From Desulfobacterales bacterium (GTDB lineage Bacteria; Desulfobacterota; Desulfobacteria; Desulfobacterales; UBA2174): a stretch of 64,000 nt of DNA. This document shows positions 1 through 8,322 of the stretch, one piece after another; position 1 is the stretch's first letter; every line of letters starts with the position of its first letter. A program made the translations under genes and the position numbers. Location of the stretch: NCBI GenBank assembly GCA_963668645.2, contig CAXXWC010000019.1:256001-320000 (forward strand), read 5' to 3'. The notes beneath the pieces were generated by a model. The model saw only the letters and a list, made by a program, of their open reading frames with translations, made no database searches and was not told where the DNA came from.

Positions 1-1057
1 CGCCTCTGTCGTCACTCCGAAGGACTGTTCGCGCTGCCACCCGGACGAAGTGACCCAGTACAGCCGCTCGAAGCACGCCAACACCATCGAGATCATCTGG
101 AAGATCGACCCCTGGCTCAACAAGGGGATGAACTCGGACAACGAACGCAAGACCGGCTGTTTCAACTGCCACGGAACGGTAATCGCCATCGACGGTGCCG
201 GTGACCTCGACCCGGCGACCTGGCCCAACGTCGGCGTGGGACGGCTCAACCTGGACGGGAGCAAGGGAGCGTGCACCTCCTGCCACACCAGGCACCGGTT
301 CTCAGTGGCCGAGGCGCGCATGCCCGAGGCCTGCGACCAGTGCCACCTCGGCCCGGACCACCCGCAGATCGAGATCTACGAGGAGTCGAAGCACGGGACC
401 ATCTACCACGCATACAAGGACGAGTATAACTTCAATGCCGCCGGCGGCACCTGGACCGCCGGGGTGGACTACCGCGCTCCCACCTGCGCGGCCTGCCACA
501 TGTCGGGCACGGGCAAGGTCCTCACCAGCCACGACGTCACCGAACGCCTCTCCTGGGAGACCCAGGCGCCGCTGACGGTCCGCCCCAAGGACTTCGCCGC
601 TTTTCCGGCCGGCACAGACTGGCAGGCCGAACGCGGGAAGATGAAAGACGTCTGTCGCCAGTGCCACGGCGACTCGTGGATCGATGATTTCTACACCGGC
701 TTCGACAAGGCCGTCGAGGAGTACAACGAGGTCTATTTCAAGCCGGCCAAGGCCAAGCTCGACGAGTTATATGCTAAAGGGCTGCTCGATCAGACCAGAT
801 TTTTCGACGAGCACCTGGAGCACGAGTTCTACGAGCTGTGGCACCACGAGGGGCGCCGGGCGCGCATGGGCACGATGATGATGGCCCCGGACTACGCCTG
901 GTGGCACGGATTCTATGAGTGCAAGTTCCGGTTCGCCAACTTCATGCAAGAAGCCGGGCACCTGATCGAAACCGGCCACAAGGCATATGTCACCAAGGAC
1001 TTCCCCAACGCCACCGGCAACACCCAAAAACCGCCCGCGGTGTTCGGGAACAAGTAG
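1..1057 (+). CDS. HAO-family multiheme cytochrome c, 5'-truncated by window edge
   Basis: Frame is open from base 2; six CxxCH motifs visible (CSRCH, CFNCH, CTSCH, CDQCH, CAACH, CRQCH); HAO-type segments CHLGPDHPQIEIYEESKHG, APTCAACHM, APDYAWWHG. Confidence 0.9.
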   Translation, partial: ASVVTPKDCSRCHPDEVTQYSRSKHANTIEIIWKIDPWLNKGMNSDNERKTGCFNCHGTVIAIDGAGDLDPATWPNVGVGRLNLDGSKGACTSCHTRHRFSVAEARMPEACDQCHLGPDHPQIEIYEESKHGTIYHAYKDEYNFNAAGGTWTAGVDYRAPTCAACHMSGTGKVLTSHDVTERLSWETQAPLTVRPKDFAAFPAGTDWQAERGKMKDVCRQCHGDSWIDDFYTGFDKAVEEYNEVYFKPAKAKLDELYAKGLLDQTRFFDEHLEHEFYELWHHEGRRARMGTMMMAPDYAWWHGFYECKFRFANFMQEAGHLIETGHKAYVTKDFPNATGNTQKPPAVFGNK

Positions 1058-1105
1058 GGAGAGAGGTTCCCGAAAACCGGGAAATGGAGGGGGCTGAAAC
1101 CGGTT

Positions 1106-1591
1106 CTAACCATGGCATCGCGGACACGAGGAGGCAGGTTCCAGGGGGCCTCGTTTTACGACGGACTTGATCACGGGCGTCAGACGGTTTGCCGCGTAGG
1201 CACTTCTTCCGATGGCGACCACAGCGACAAATCCGGCGATCCCACCGGCGAGGCATCCCAGGATGGCCCAGGCAGAGGTGGCAGCGCCCAGTGCGCCCGC
1301 CGCCCATGTCCCCGTTCCCGCCCCCAGCACCATCAAGGCAACCGGGAGAAGATAAAAGAGCGCCGCCCCCGTGAAGAGATGGGTCGATGCCAACTCGATA
1401 CGGACCATGTCTCCGGTGCGGGCGCCGACGGGGTTGATCACGCGGCTTTCTATTTTCCCGGAAGCTGCCGGGCATGCGCTGCAGGCGCCGCCGTGGTCAT
1501 GGCAACCGCCGCAGGCCTCTTTTCTGGCGGTAAGCACATTCGCCCAACGTTTCCCATGGCTGCCGACGACAATGCCGATGCACTGTGTCAT
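1106..1591 (-). CDS. RseC/MucC-family (SoxR-reducing system) membrane protein
   Basis: N-terminal Cys cluster CGGCHDHGGACSAC, NPVGARTGDMVRIEL segment, YLLP motif, two TM helices. Confidence 0.75.
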   Translation of the reverse strand: MTQCIGIVVGSHGKRWANVLTARKEACGGCHDHGGACSACPAASGKIESRVINPVGARTGDMVRIELASTHLFTGAALFYLLPVALMVLGAGTGTWAAGALGAATSAWAILGCLAGGIAGFVAVVAIGRSAYAANRLTPVIKSVVKRGPLEPASSCPRCHG

Positions 1592-1669
1592 GGGGCACCT
1601 CCTATTTTTCTCATATCTTCAGCCCCGCTTCGCTCTCCGGCCCGAGTCAGTGGAATCCCCCGCAGCACC

Positions 1670-2023
1670 TTATCGGGCAAGGTCCTGGCGCCTTTCCAGG
1701 TATTCCGCTTTATCGATTTCTCCCCGGGCATAGCGCCGGTTGAGTATCTCCAGGGCATCCGGATCGTCTGCGGGCACATCGAGGCGTGGTGAGCCGGTGT
1801 TGCGACCCAGCCGCCCCACCAGCAGGACAAGACCGATAATGACGATAAGCCAGAGGAAAAACATGCCGCCTCCTATTCCGTGCCCCATCATGCCATACCC
1901 ACCGGCACCGTATCCGCTGCAAAACCAGCCTCCCGGTCCGCCGGTGCGGTACATCCAGAACAAACCGCCGCCCAAAACCAGGGCCGCGGCGATGGCGATC
2001 ACTGAAGACAGGGTTCGATTCAT
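1670..2023 (-). CDS. SHOCT-domain membrane protein
   Basis: Two hydrophobic segments, Gly/Met-rich linker, C-terminal DALEILNRRYARGEIDKAEYLERR. Confidence 0.8.
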   Translation of the reverse strand: MNRTLSSVIAIAAALVLGGGLFWMYRTGGPGGWFCSGYGAGGYGMMGHGIGGGMFFLWLIVIIGLVLLVGRLGRNTGSPRLDVPADDPDALEILNRRYARGEIDKAEYLERRQDLAR

Positions 2024-2089
2024 GTTGGCCTTCTTTCCAATTGCGCCATCCGGCAGCAGCACGACCGCTACCGGATGGTAAGAAACCGG

Positions 2090-2572
2090 TTACCTCCAGC
2101 AGTATCCGGGGCCGTAACCGCCGCCTCGATACCCTCTTTCAGGCATAATCTTTCCGACCGCGAGCCGATAGGCCAGGGCCTTCTGGTCGAATTCGCCCTC
2201 AAGCCCGGAGAGTTCTTTCTGTAGTCTGGAGAGTTCCGCCTGGTCCGGGCTTTCCTTGTCCATGGCTTCTTCCAGCGCGATCTGCTTGTCGCGGATTTCA
2301 GACCGAAGCGTTCTGGTGGATGCGTAAAATTCGTCCCGGGCCTGATCCATTTTGATCGCGTCCTCCCGGGAGACATTGCCGTTGTCGCCATATCCGTAGC
2401 CCATCATGTGACGGCCCCATCCGCCGCCGTATCCCATCATGTGGCCGTAGCCGTCGTCGTCCATCATGCTGCCGTAGCGGCCATAACCGGATCCATGCGC
2501 AAAAGCCAGAGAAGCGATGCCGACAAGCGCGATTGCTGCGAATATGCTGAGAGTGGTTTTAAAAGGTGCCAT
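2090..2572 (-). CDS. ZraP/Spy/CpxP-like periplasmic heavy-metal sensor or chaperone
   Basis: Signal peptide ending AFA, His/Met/Gly repeats (YGHMMGYGG), helical coiled-coil core, C-terminal GGGYGPGYCW. Confidence 0.75.
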   Translation of the reverse strand: MAPFKTTLSIFAAIALVGIASLAFAHGSGYGRYGSMMDDDGYGHMMGYGGGWGRHMMGYGYGDNGNVSREDAIKMDQARDEFYASTRTLRSEIRDKQIALEEAMDKESPDQAELSRLQKELSGLEGEFDQKALAYRLAVGKIMPERGYRGGGYGPGYCWR

Positions 2573-2638
2573 GGTTTCACTCCTTTGGTTAAGGTTGACT
2601 GACCCAATGGATCAGCTTGTTGTTTAGTCTCAGAATAA

Positions 2639-2654
2639 AGCAATCCGCATGCCA
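2639..2654 (-). promoter_or_regulatory. Sigma-54 (-24/-12) promoter of the ZraP-like operon
   Basis: Minus strand reads TGGCATGCGGATTGCT, an exact GG-N10-GC spacing, about 65 nt upstream of the ATG. Confidence 0.8.
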
Positions 2655-2682
2655 TACAAGCCATACTCAATTAAAGAAATTT

Positions 2683-2695
2683 TAATTTACTGATA
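2683..2695 (-). promoter_or_regulatory. IHF-like site
   Basis: Minus strand TATCAGTAAATTA fits WATCARNNNNTTR, in an AT-rich tract between the sigma-54 promoter and the putative enhancer. Confidence 0.5.
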
Positions 2696-2751
2696 TTATG
2701 GGATAATAATTTTAACAAATACCGCCGGTCGCAGAGTGCCACTAAAATAAG

Positions 2752-2811
2752 CTGGGTAATAAAGCCACAGCCAGCGGCTGCAGCGAAGCGACCTGGGTAA
2801 AAACGGCACAG
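2752..2811. promoter_or_regulatory. Putative tandem enhancer-binding-protein sites (UAS)
   Basis: Direct repeat ctgggtaataaagccacag (2752-2770) and ctgggtaaaaacggcacag (2793-2811), 16/19 identical, 41 bp apart, 100-160 bp upstream of the sigma-54 promoter. Confidence 0.55.
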
Positions 2812-2924
2812 GTGGAAAGCTGGCAGGATTACCTTCTGGGCACCGGCTCCCTTCCAAGGGACACCAATGCATCCCCTCTTGCAAGAGGCCGCCGACAAAA
2901 GCCATAAAAAGTCCATTTGAATGC

Positions 2925-3020
2925 CGGTTCATGCGGGCGGTCGTAAAAGGTATGCTCGACCTTGAGGAAGGATGCGAACAGTCTCTCTTCCAGGTCAAGA
3001 AGAGACTGGGATTGACCTGT
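2925..3020 (+). pseudogene. C-terminal fragment of a Phd/YefM-type antitoxin
   Basis: Reads RFMRAVVKGMLDLEEGCEQSLFQVKKRLGL, typical of antitoxin C-termini; N-terminus absent, stop lost; directly precedes the toxin relic. Confidence 0.55.
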
Positions 3021-3022
3021 CG

Positions 3023-3327
3023 ATGCCCGCCCGAGTCACGATCCGTTTTGCCGATTCCGTTGTCCGAGACCTCGAAGAGATCCTGGCCTATTATTCCGTC
3101 AGGGAGCGGCGGACGTCGGCAAACGTTTGGTGGCTTCGAGCCTCGCGGCTGTCGAGGCATTGGTGGACCAGCCGGACATGGACCGGATAGCGCCGGAATT
3201 CGAGTCCGAAAATCTGCGTGAACTGATCCGCCCTCCCTTTTGGATCGTGTACCGCAGGCAGAGTTGGCATGTACGCATCGTTCGTGTCTGGCAAAGCGAG
3301 CACATGCTGAAGCTTACGGAGCCCTGA
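3023..3327 (+). pseudogene. Frameshifted RelE/ParE-family toxin
   Basis: MPARVTIRFADSVVRDLEEILAYY continues, after a 1-nt shift near 3097, as QGAADVGKRLV...PEFESENLRELIRPPFWIVYRR...VRIVRVWQSE. Confidence 0.75.
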
Positions 3328-3375
3328 GCAGATCGCTTTCGGCTTCGGCGGCGCTTATCTTCCCATGTGACAGGC

Positions 3376-4191
3376 TCATTGAAGGAAAGGTCTGATTTTT
3401 TCAATGAGCCGATCAGGTTGCTCTTCAATCACCAGATGACCGGCATCATTAATGATATGGAATAATGAGTCCGGGATCATTTCATGTAAAGCCTCTCCTT
3501 TTTCCAATGGTATCCATGTATCCTCACGTCCCCAAAGGATTAGAACAGGCGTCGTAATTTTGCCATACAAGTGCTGAATCTCTTTTGTAAAACTTGAATT
3601 TGCCTGCGCAATTTGCCGGTAAAAAGCCGCCTTGCCATCCGACCCCGTCCATGGACGAACAATCATATCAAGTGTCGCATCATCAATGGGTTTGAAGGCG
3701 GCAGTTTTGACATAAGCACGAACAATTGCCTCATGGATATAGTCCGGAACGCCAGCAAAAGCAGCTTCGTGCGCATTGACATGTTGGAAGAAAGGCGACC
3801 CCCAGGGAGAAATCGCGACTGGATCAATAAGTACAATTTTTCTGAAATCACATCCATTGAGAAGATGTGTTCGAAGAACTGTCGTACCTCCGAAGTCATG
3901 ACCAATGATAGCAGGATTCTTGAGGCCCCAGTGATCTATGAGCTTATCCAATATCTGATTCTGAATACATAGTGAAACATCACCGGGCGATTTATCAGAC
4001 TGGCCGTAACCGACAAGGTCATAATAATAAACGGTGAAGCTTTTCGATAACGCTTCAATAACATGGCGCAGATTGAATGAAGACCATGGTGTGCCGTGTA
4101 CCACCACCACTGGAGAGCCATCACCGATCACCCCATATTTTACAATGCGCCCCTTAAATACGTATGACTCGGGCACCTTCCATTGAACCAT
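3376..4191 (-). CDS. Alpha/beta-fold hydrolase (Asp-nucleophile, dehalogenase/epoxide hydrolase-like)
   Basis: HGTPW, DLVGYGQS, GHDFGG elbow, ILWGRED, AGHL; RBS AGGAGG before ATG 4191; AT-richer than flanking genes. Confidence 0.85.
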   Translation of the reverse strand: MVQWKVPESYVFKGRIVKYGVIGDGSPVVVVHGTPWSSFNLRHVIEALSKSFTVYYYDLVGYGQSDKSPGDVSLCIQNQILDKLIDHWGLKNPAIIGHDFGGTTVLRTHLLNGCDFRKIVLIDPVAISPWGSPFFQHVNAHEAAFAGVPDYIHEAIVRAYVKTAAFKPIDDATLDMIVRPWTGSDGKAAFYRQIAQANSSFTKEIQHLYGKITTPVLILWGREDTWIPLEKGEALHEMIPDSLFHIINDAGHLVIEEQPDRLIEKIRPFLQ

Positions 4192-4199
4192 TAATAGCC

Positions 4200-4294
4200 T
4201 CCTATCGTCTCGGATAACGCGGCCGGCAGCAAACGAGGCCGAGCAAAACGAGCCGGATGGCCTGTTCCGGCTCGCGTTCATCCGTTTGTTAGGC
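4200..4294 (-). mobile_element. Integron attC-like recombination site (R' degenerate)
   Basis: Minus strand: R'' GCCTAAC (contains the upstream gene's TAA), L'' CGGATGAAC, palindromic core, L' GTTATCCG (pairs with L'' leaving one extrahelical base), R'-position GATAGGA. Confidence 0.65.
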
Positions 4295-5044
4295 GGCAGG
4301 ATGCGATCTGAACACGTAGATCGCCCAACCAAGCGTGTCGCGCCCCCAACGCAGGTATGCCGTCTTCGCCTTGCTCACGCGCTCGACCACCTCGGCCAAA
4401 TCCGGATCATCTGGCTGGGTGCGAGCGTACTCGGCTGCCGCTAACCATTGGAGGCCCTCATACCTGTCCCAGTCGTCCTTGCTGCTCACGATGGTGTGAA
4501 CGAGCGCCATTCCTCGCTGCTCTCCGGCTTCTGCATTCGAGGCATGGCTCCCGAAGTCTTCGCGCGTGCACTCCAATGCCTCCAGGTACTCCCCTGACGG
4601 CTCCTGCCGCCAGTACGGCTCTCCCACGATCACCCAGCCGCCGGGCTTCGCCATACGAATCAGCGCGTCGAGCGTATTCACATGCCCCCCGAAGATCCAA
4701 CTGGCACCGATACATGACGCCAGATCCAAGCTGTGCGGCTCGTCCGGCTTGAAATCCGCACCGTTCATTTGAGTGAAGGTGATGCCAGGACTCGATACCC
4801 GCGCATCGAGCCTTCTTTTCGCATCGGCGATGTGGAAAGGAGAAATGTCGATGCCCGTGCCGCGAACACCATAGGTTTCCGCCAAGCGAATCAGAAATTC
4901 GCCCTTACCACACGCAATGTCAGCTACCTGCGCGTCAGCCGGGAGGCGCAAAAGCTCCACGAGACGGGTCAGTTTTTCTTCGCTCGTGGGATTGCATACT
5001 AAGTGCTCACGGTGAGTGATATCGTAGAACTTCCATGTATCCAT
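4289..5044 (-). CDS. Class I SAM-dependent methyltransferase (YjhP-like)
   Basis: Motif I DIACGKGE, GIDIS, CIGASWIFGG, KPGGWVIVGEPYW; GGAGG RBS upstream of ATG 5044. Confidence 0.85.
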   Translation of the reverse strand: MDTWKFYDITHREHLVCNPTSEEKLTRLVELLRLPADAQVADIACGKGEFLIRLAETYGVRGTGIDISPFHIADAKRRLDARVSSPGITFTQMNGADFKPDEPHSLDLASCIGASWIFGGHVNTLDALIRMAKPGGWVIVGEPYWRQEPSGEYLEALECTREDFGSHASNAEAGEQRGMALVHTIVSSKDDWDRYEGLQWLAAAEYARTQPDDPDLAEVVERVSKAKTAYLRWGRDTLGWAIYVFRSHPAA

Positions 5045-5196
5045 GATTTTCAATCCTCCGAAGGCCTACCTTGCGATAAGAGCAGGAAAGCAAAAATTCC
5101 CGCTTGTGACATCTTTGGATACCATTATTATCAGCTTTTAGTATTTACATCTATAGGTTATCGTGAGCGACCCAATTACGACGCGGTGGAGTGTCG

Positions 5197-5745
5197 ATGT
5201 CGCGTCTTGTGGAACCGCCCAAGCCGGACGATCACCTTCTGGAGCGGATCATATCCCAGGGATAACATGCTTTGCGCATGGAAACGGGTCAAGGTTGTCA
5301 ATGGTCAACAATGGCGCTGCAGAAGTCTGACGGGATCTCGATCGAACGGTTTCCGGATGTTGCCCGCACGGGGCTGATAGAGTTTTCGAATCATTTGGTG
5401 GTAAGGAGAGGTGGAGAGAAACTCCCTCTTACTCAAAGTTAACCCGTCCTTTTTAGACCCGAAAACGCGAATATCGGGTCGTTTTCGGGCCAATATTTTC
5501 GCCAACCCTCTTGATTTATGATTTTTTTCATGGTCCGCCCCCTTTCGAGTGGTTACTCGTACAGGGGTGGCCATTCCCATGTTCCTTACACGCAAAGGCC
5601 CTTGATAAAGCTCGCGCACGCTGGCGACCCAGAATGGTATGACCAACCAGCGGCTGAAGGATCAGGGGCTGGCATCTGTCAAAAAACTGTGGGTGAAAAT
5701 CCACTACCCGGGGCTACGGCCCGGTAAGCTTTGCGAACCGCATAG
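5197..5745 (+). pseudogene. Fragmented group II intron reverse transcriptase/maturase relic
   Basis: N-terminal pieces across frames: DDHLLERIIS / RDNMLCAWKRVK / NNGAAEV / DGISIERFP (5212-5370). C-terminal piece RKGP**SSRTLATQNGMTNQRLKDQGLASVKKLWVKIHYP / ATAR* (5591-5727), then GAACCGC domain-V start at 5735. RT core absent. Confidence 0.75.
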
Positions 5746-5823
5746 GGCGCTTGACTTGTGGATTCGACAGGATGGCGGAGGAACTGCCGGGCTTCGATGG
5801 GAGACCGGCGGCCCGAGGATCCC

Positions 5824-7386
5824 TCATGAAAACTCAGGCTCTAACTTGCACTCAACGAACCTGTTGCGCCCCTCTTCTTTCGCTCTGTATAAGGCTTCGT
5901 CAGCTTTTGCCAGGCAACGATCCAGTGATATGTCTTGATCCCAGGCATCTGCAACAACGATACCTATGCTGATCGTTACCGTGATTGTTTTATCCTGGTA
6001 GCGGATCTCAAGCGACTCGATACCTCTGTTAAGCCTTGCGGCTATGCTCGAAGCGGTCTGCCGATCTGTTTCAGGAAGGGCTGCGACGAATTCTTCCCCG
6101 CCGTATCTACCGAGAATATCCGTTGAACGAAGGTCGTCAGATAAAAATTTCGCCACGTTCTGGAGCACAATATCGCCGGCCTGATGGCCATGTTCATCAT
6201 TTATACGTTTAAAAAAATCAATATCCATCATGAGCAGTGCAAGAGGCCTTTGGCTCCTCTTTACCCTATCCAGTTCCTTTCCACAAAGCACCATGAAGTT
6301 CCGGCGATTATTTATTCCCGTCAATTCATCGATGGTCGCCATGGTATGCAACCGGCCAATCAGCATCTGTTCAGAAGTGACGTCGTGCAAAGTCAGCACA
6401 CTCCCTATCCTCTTTTCTGAAGCTATTAGTTTTGAAATCCCAACCCTGTAGTATTGCGTTGCGCCGGTGGCGCTACTAATTATGGGATCCGCATTGCTGA
6501 CATTATTCTTCAACAAATCGATCAATTCAGCATGATTATAGAAAATCTGGTCGATGGATAACCCGACCATTAATTTTGAACGATTTCCGAGAAGATCTAT
6601 AGCCGCCTTGTTATAGTCGACGAGCCGATTCCCGGTATCCAACACAAAAATAGGATCATTCATTTCATCAAAAACAGTACGCAATGCGATGGGAACCAGA
6701 TCGAACATTTTAAAACGAAATAGAGCCAAAATAAAAATCGGCCCCACAAGAGTTAAGAAAAAAGGGGTATGATCAATGCCATATATTGACGCCCCTATCA
6801 AATAGAGTATGTTAGCGGCCCATGGAATGACGGATGAAAAAAACATGAGAATAGCTTGCTTCCGCAGATATCCTGAAGAACGTGCTACTAGAATCAAAAA
6901 GAGGACGTTTCCGGCAAGTAACAGGGAATACGCATAAGTCACGTTCAACCAGTACCATGGACCCCGATCCAGCACAGAGATCGAAAACAGCTTTGTCTCG
7001 ATGACTCCTATGTTTTTAAAATAGATATGATGATATTCATTTGTAAAGACCAAAATTAATGTCGTGAAAGAAATAATGAAAAATACGGGATATAAAGATC
7101 TCAATATCTTCTTGCCAAGACCGGTATAGTCAGCAGCGAAGATAACCCAAAAAACCGGCAAAAACGATATACCGATGTATTGGATCTTTAGCGCATTAAA
7201 TATACCACCAACTGTTGATGATGAAAGTTCGATGGCATAACCGAAAGAATAAAAACTCACGGAAATCATAAGTAAAGCATAGCTCAAGAAACCCGGCTTC
7301 CTAACCTTAACAGCGACATATGAAGCCAAAACCAAAGTAAAAATCGCAGAAAAAATAAGCGACGATATGATCAGCAATGCTTCCAT
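5824..7386 (-). CDS. Diguanylate cyclase with N-terminal HisKA_7TM-like sensor and PAS-like domain
   Basis: About seven TM helices, FDEMNDPIFVLD PAS-like start, DELTGINNRR, DIDFFKRIND, RSTD I-site, RYGGEEF; AT-rich. Confidence 0.9.
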   Translation of the reverse strand: MEALLIISSLIFSAIFTLVLASYVAVKVRKPGFLSYALLMISVSFYSFGYAIELSSSTVGGIFNALKIQYIGISFLPVFWVIFAADYTGLGKKILRSLYPVFFIISFTTLILVFTNEYHHIYFKNIGVIETKLFSISVLDRGPWYWLNVTYAYSLLLAGNVLFLILVARSSGYLRKQAILMFFSSVIPWAANILYLIGASIYGIDHTPFFLTLVGPIFILALFRFKMFDLVPIALRTVFDEMNDPIFVLDTGNRLVDYNKAAIDLLGNRSKLMVGLSIDQIFYNHAELIDLLKNNVSNADPIISSATGATQYYRVGISKLIASEKRIGSVLTLHDVTSEQMLIGRLHTMATIDELTGINNRRNFMVLCGKELDRVKRSQRPLALLMMDIDFFKRINDEHGHQAGDIVLQNVAKFLSDDLRSTDILGRYGGEEFVAALPETDRQTASSIAARLNRGIESLEIRYQDKTITVTISIGIVVADAWDQDISLDRCLAKADEALYRAKEEGRNRFVECKLEPEFS

Positions 7387-7771
7387 TTGACTTTAGCATC
7401 AATTAACGTTTTGGGTTAGGTATCAGTTATGACAACACGGTTCTTTGATGGCCCAAGATACAAGGAAACGAAAAACCTTTTCCTTCATACAGCCTTATGG
7501 GCTCACCAAGCTTTGGACCTGTTCTAAAGCACACCGCAATCAGCCTCAGCAGTGGTGTCCGGAAGGTAATATTAAACATCATCTAAAACATTTTAGTCAA
7601 GCTCAAAAGAAACGTTTCCGCGTTCCGAGGCAACTCCAGATTGGCACGGGCACTCTCAGGGTGCGTAAAAGATGACCGGTTTCAAATCAGAACTCCTGTT
7701 TGACCCCGATAGTGCACAATTCTTCTTGCCTTCGGCCATCTTCTTGCCGATAGTACCCTGCACTAAATGCC

Positions 7772-8227
7772 TTGTCGGCCGCAATCCTCGCGCGCGTCTT
7801 TTGGGGCTGGCTCGGCAGCACCCTGCTTCAGGCACGCACCCTGCTTGCGCTGCTCGCTTGGGGAATGGGTGTGGCGGCGGTCATCACCGGGCTCTACGAC
7901 CCGAGCTGGTCGGTGCCGATGATCGCCATCGTGGCCGTCTGCTACTGCATTTCGGCCATCGGATGGCACGGACTGCTGCTGTCCGAGGTGGCCCGCCTGG
8001 CGCCGGCGGGCAACATCGGCGGCACCACCGGCGCGGTGCTGGCCTTCGGCGGATCGGGCATGATGTCCTACCCGATGATCTGCGCGCTGATCATGGGCGC
8101 CACCGGCGACTTTCGCATCGGCTTTTTTTTGGGTTCCGTTCCGGCCTTTTTCATGGGCCTGCACCTGCTGAGCCGGCCAACCGGACGCCCGGCACGCTCA
8201 ACCCTGGCCAAAGGGGGCAGGTCCTGA
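7772..8227 (+). pseudogene. C-terminal fragment of an MFS transporter
   Basis: ARVFWGWLG, GWHGLLLSEVARLAP and about five TM helices only; no open N-terminal half upstream. Confidence 0.7.
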
Positions 8228-8322
8228 ATCGAATCCCAGCCCGTCAACGGCCCCTGGAATGAGGCTTCAGCCAGGCAGCAGGGAAAACCCTGACTTTTTG
8301 AAACCGACTACAACAGGTAAGG

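Noticed and set aside
1499..1513. CGGCH in the RseC-like protein as a heme c site
   Set aside because: It is part of the family's N-terminal Cys cluster, and there is no export signal
2671..3221. Several overlapping ORFs in the track
   Set aside because: They overlap the regulatory region and TA relic and have no recognisable motifs
3328..3376. attC downstream of the alpha/beta hydrolase
   Set aside because: No RYYYAAC or GTTRRRY boxes found, so cassette status of the hydrolase rests only on its 5' junction
4192..4332. 47-aa N-terminal extension of the hydrolase in the ORF track
   Set aside because: It is a read-through translation of the attC site; the RBS supports ATG 4191
7401..7421. 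ACCTAAC-N7-GTTAATT on the minus strand upstream of the GGDEF gene as an attC site
   Set aside because: Far too short, lacks L boxes, and is expected by chance in AT-rich DNA
7639..7660. TGGCACG as a sigma-54 promoter
   Set aside because: No GC at the -12 position
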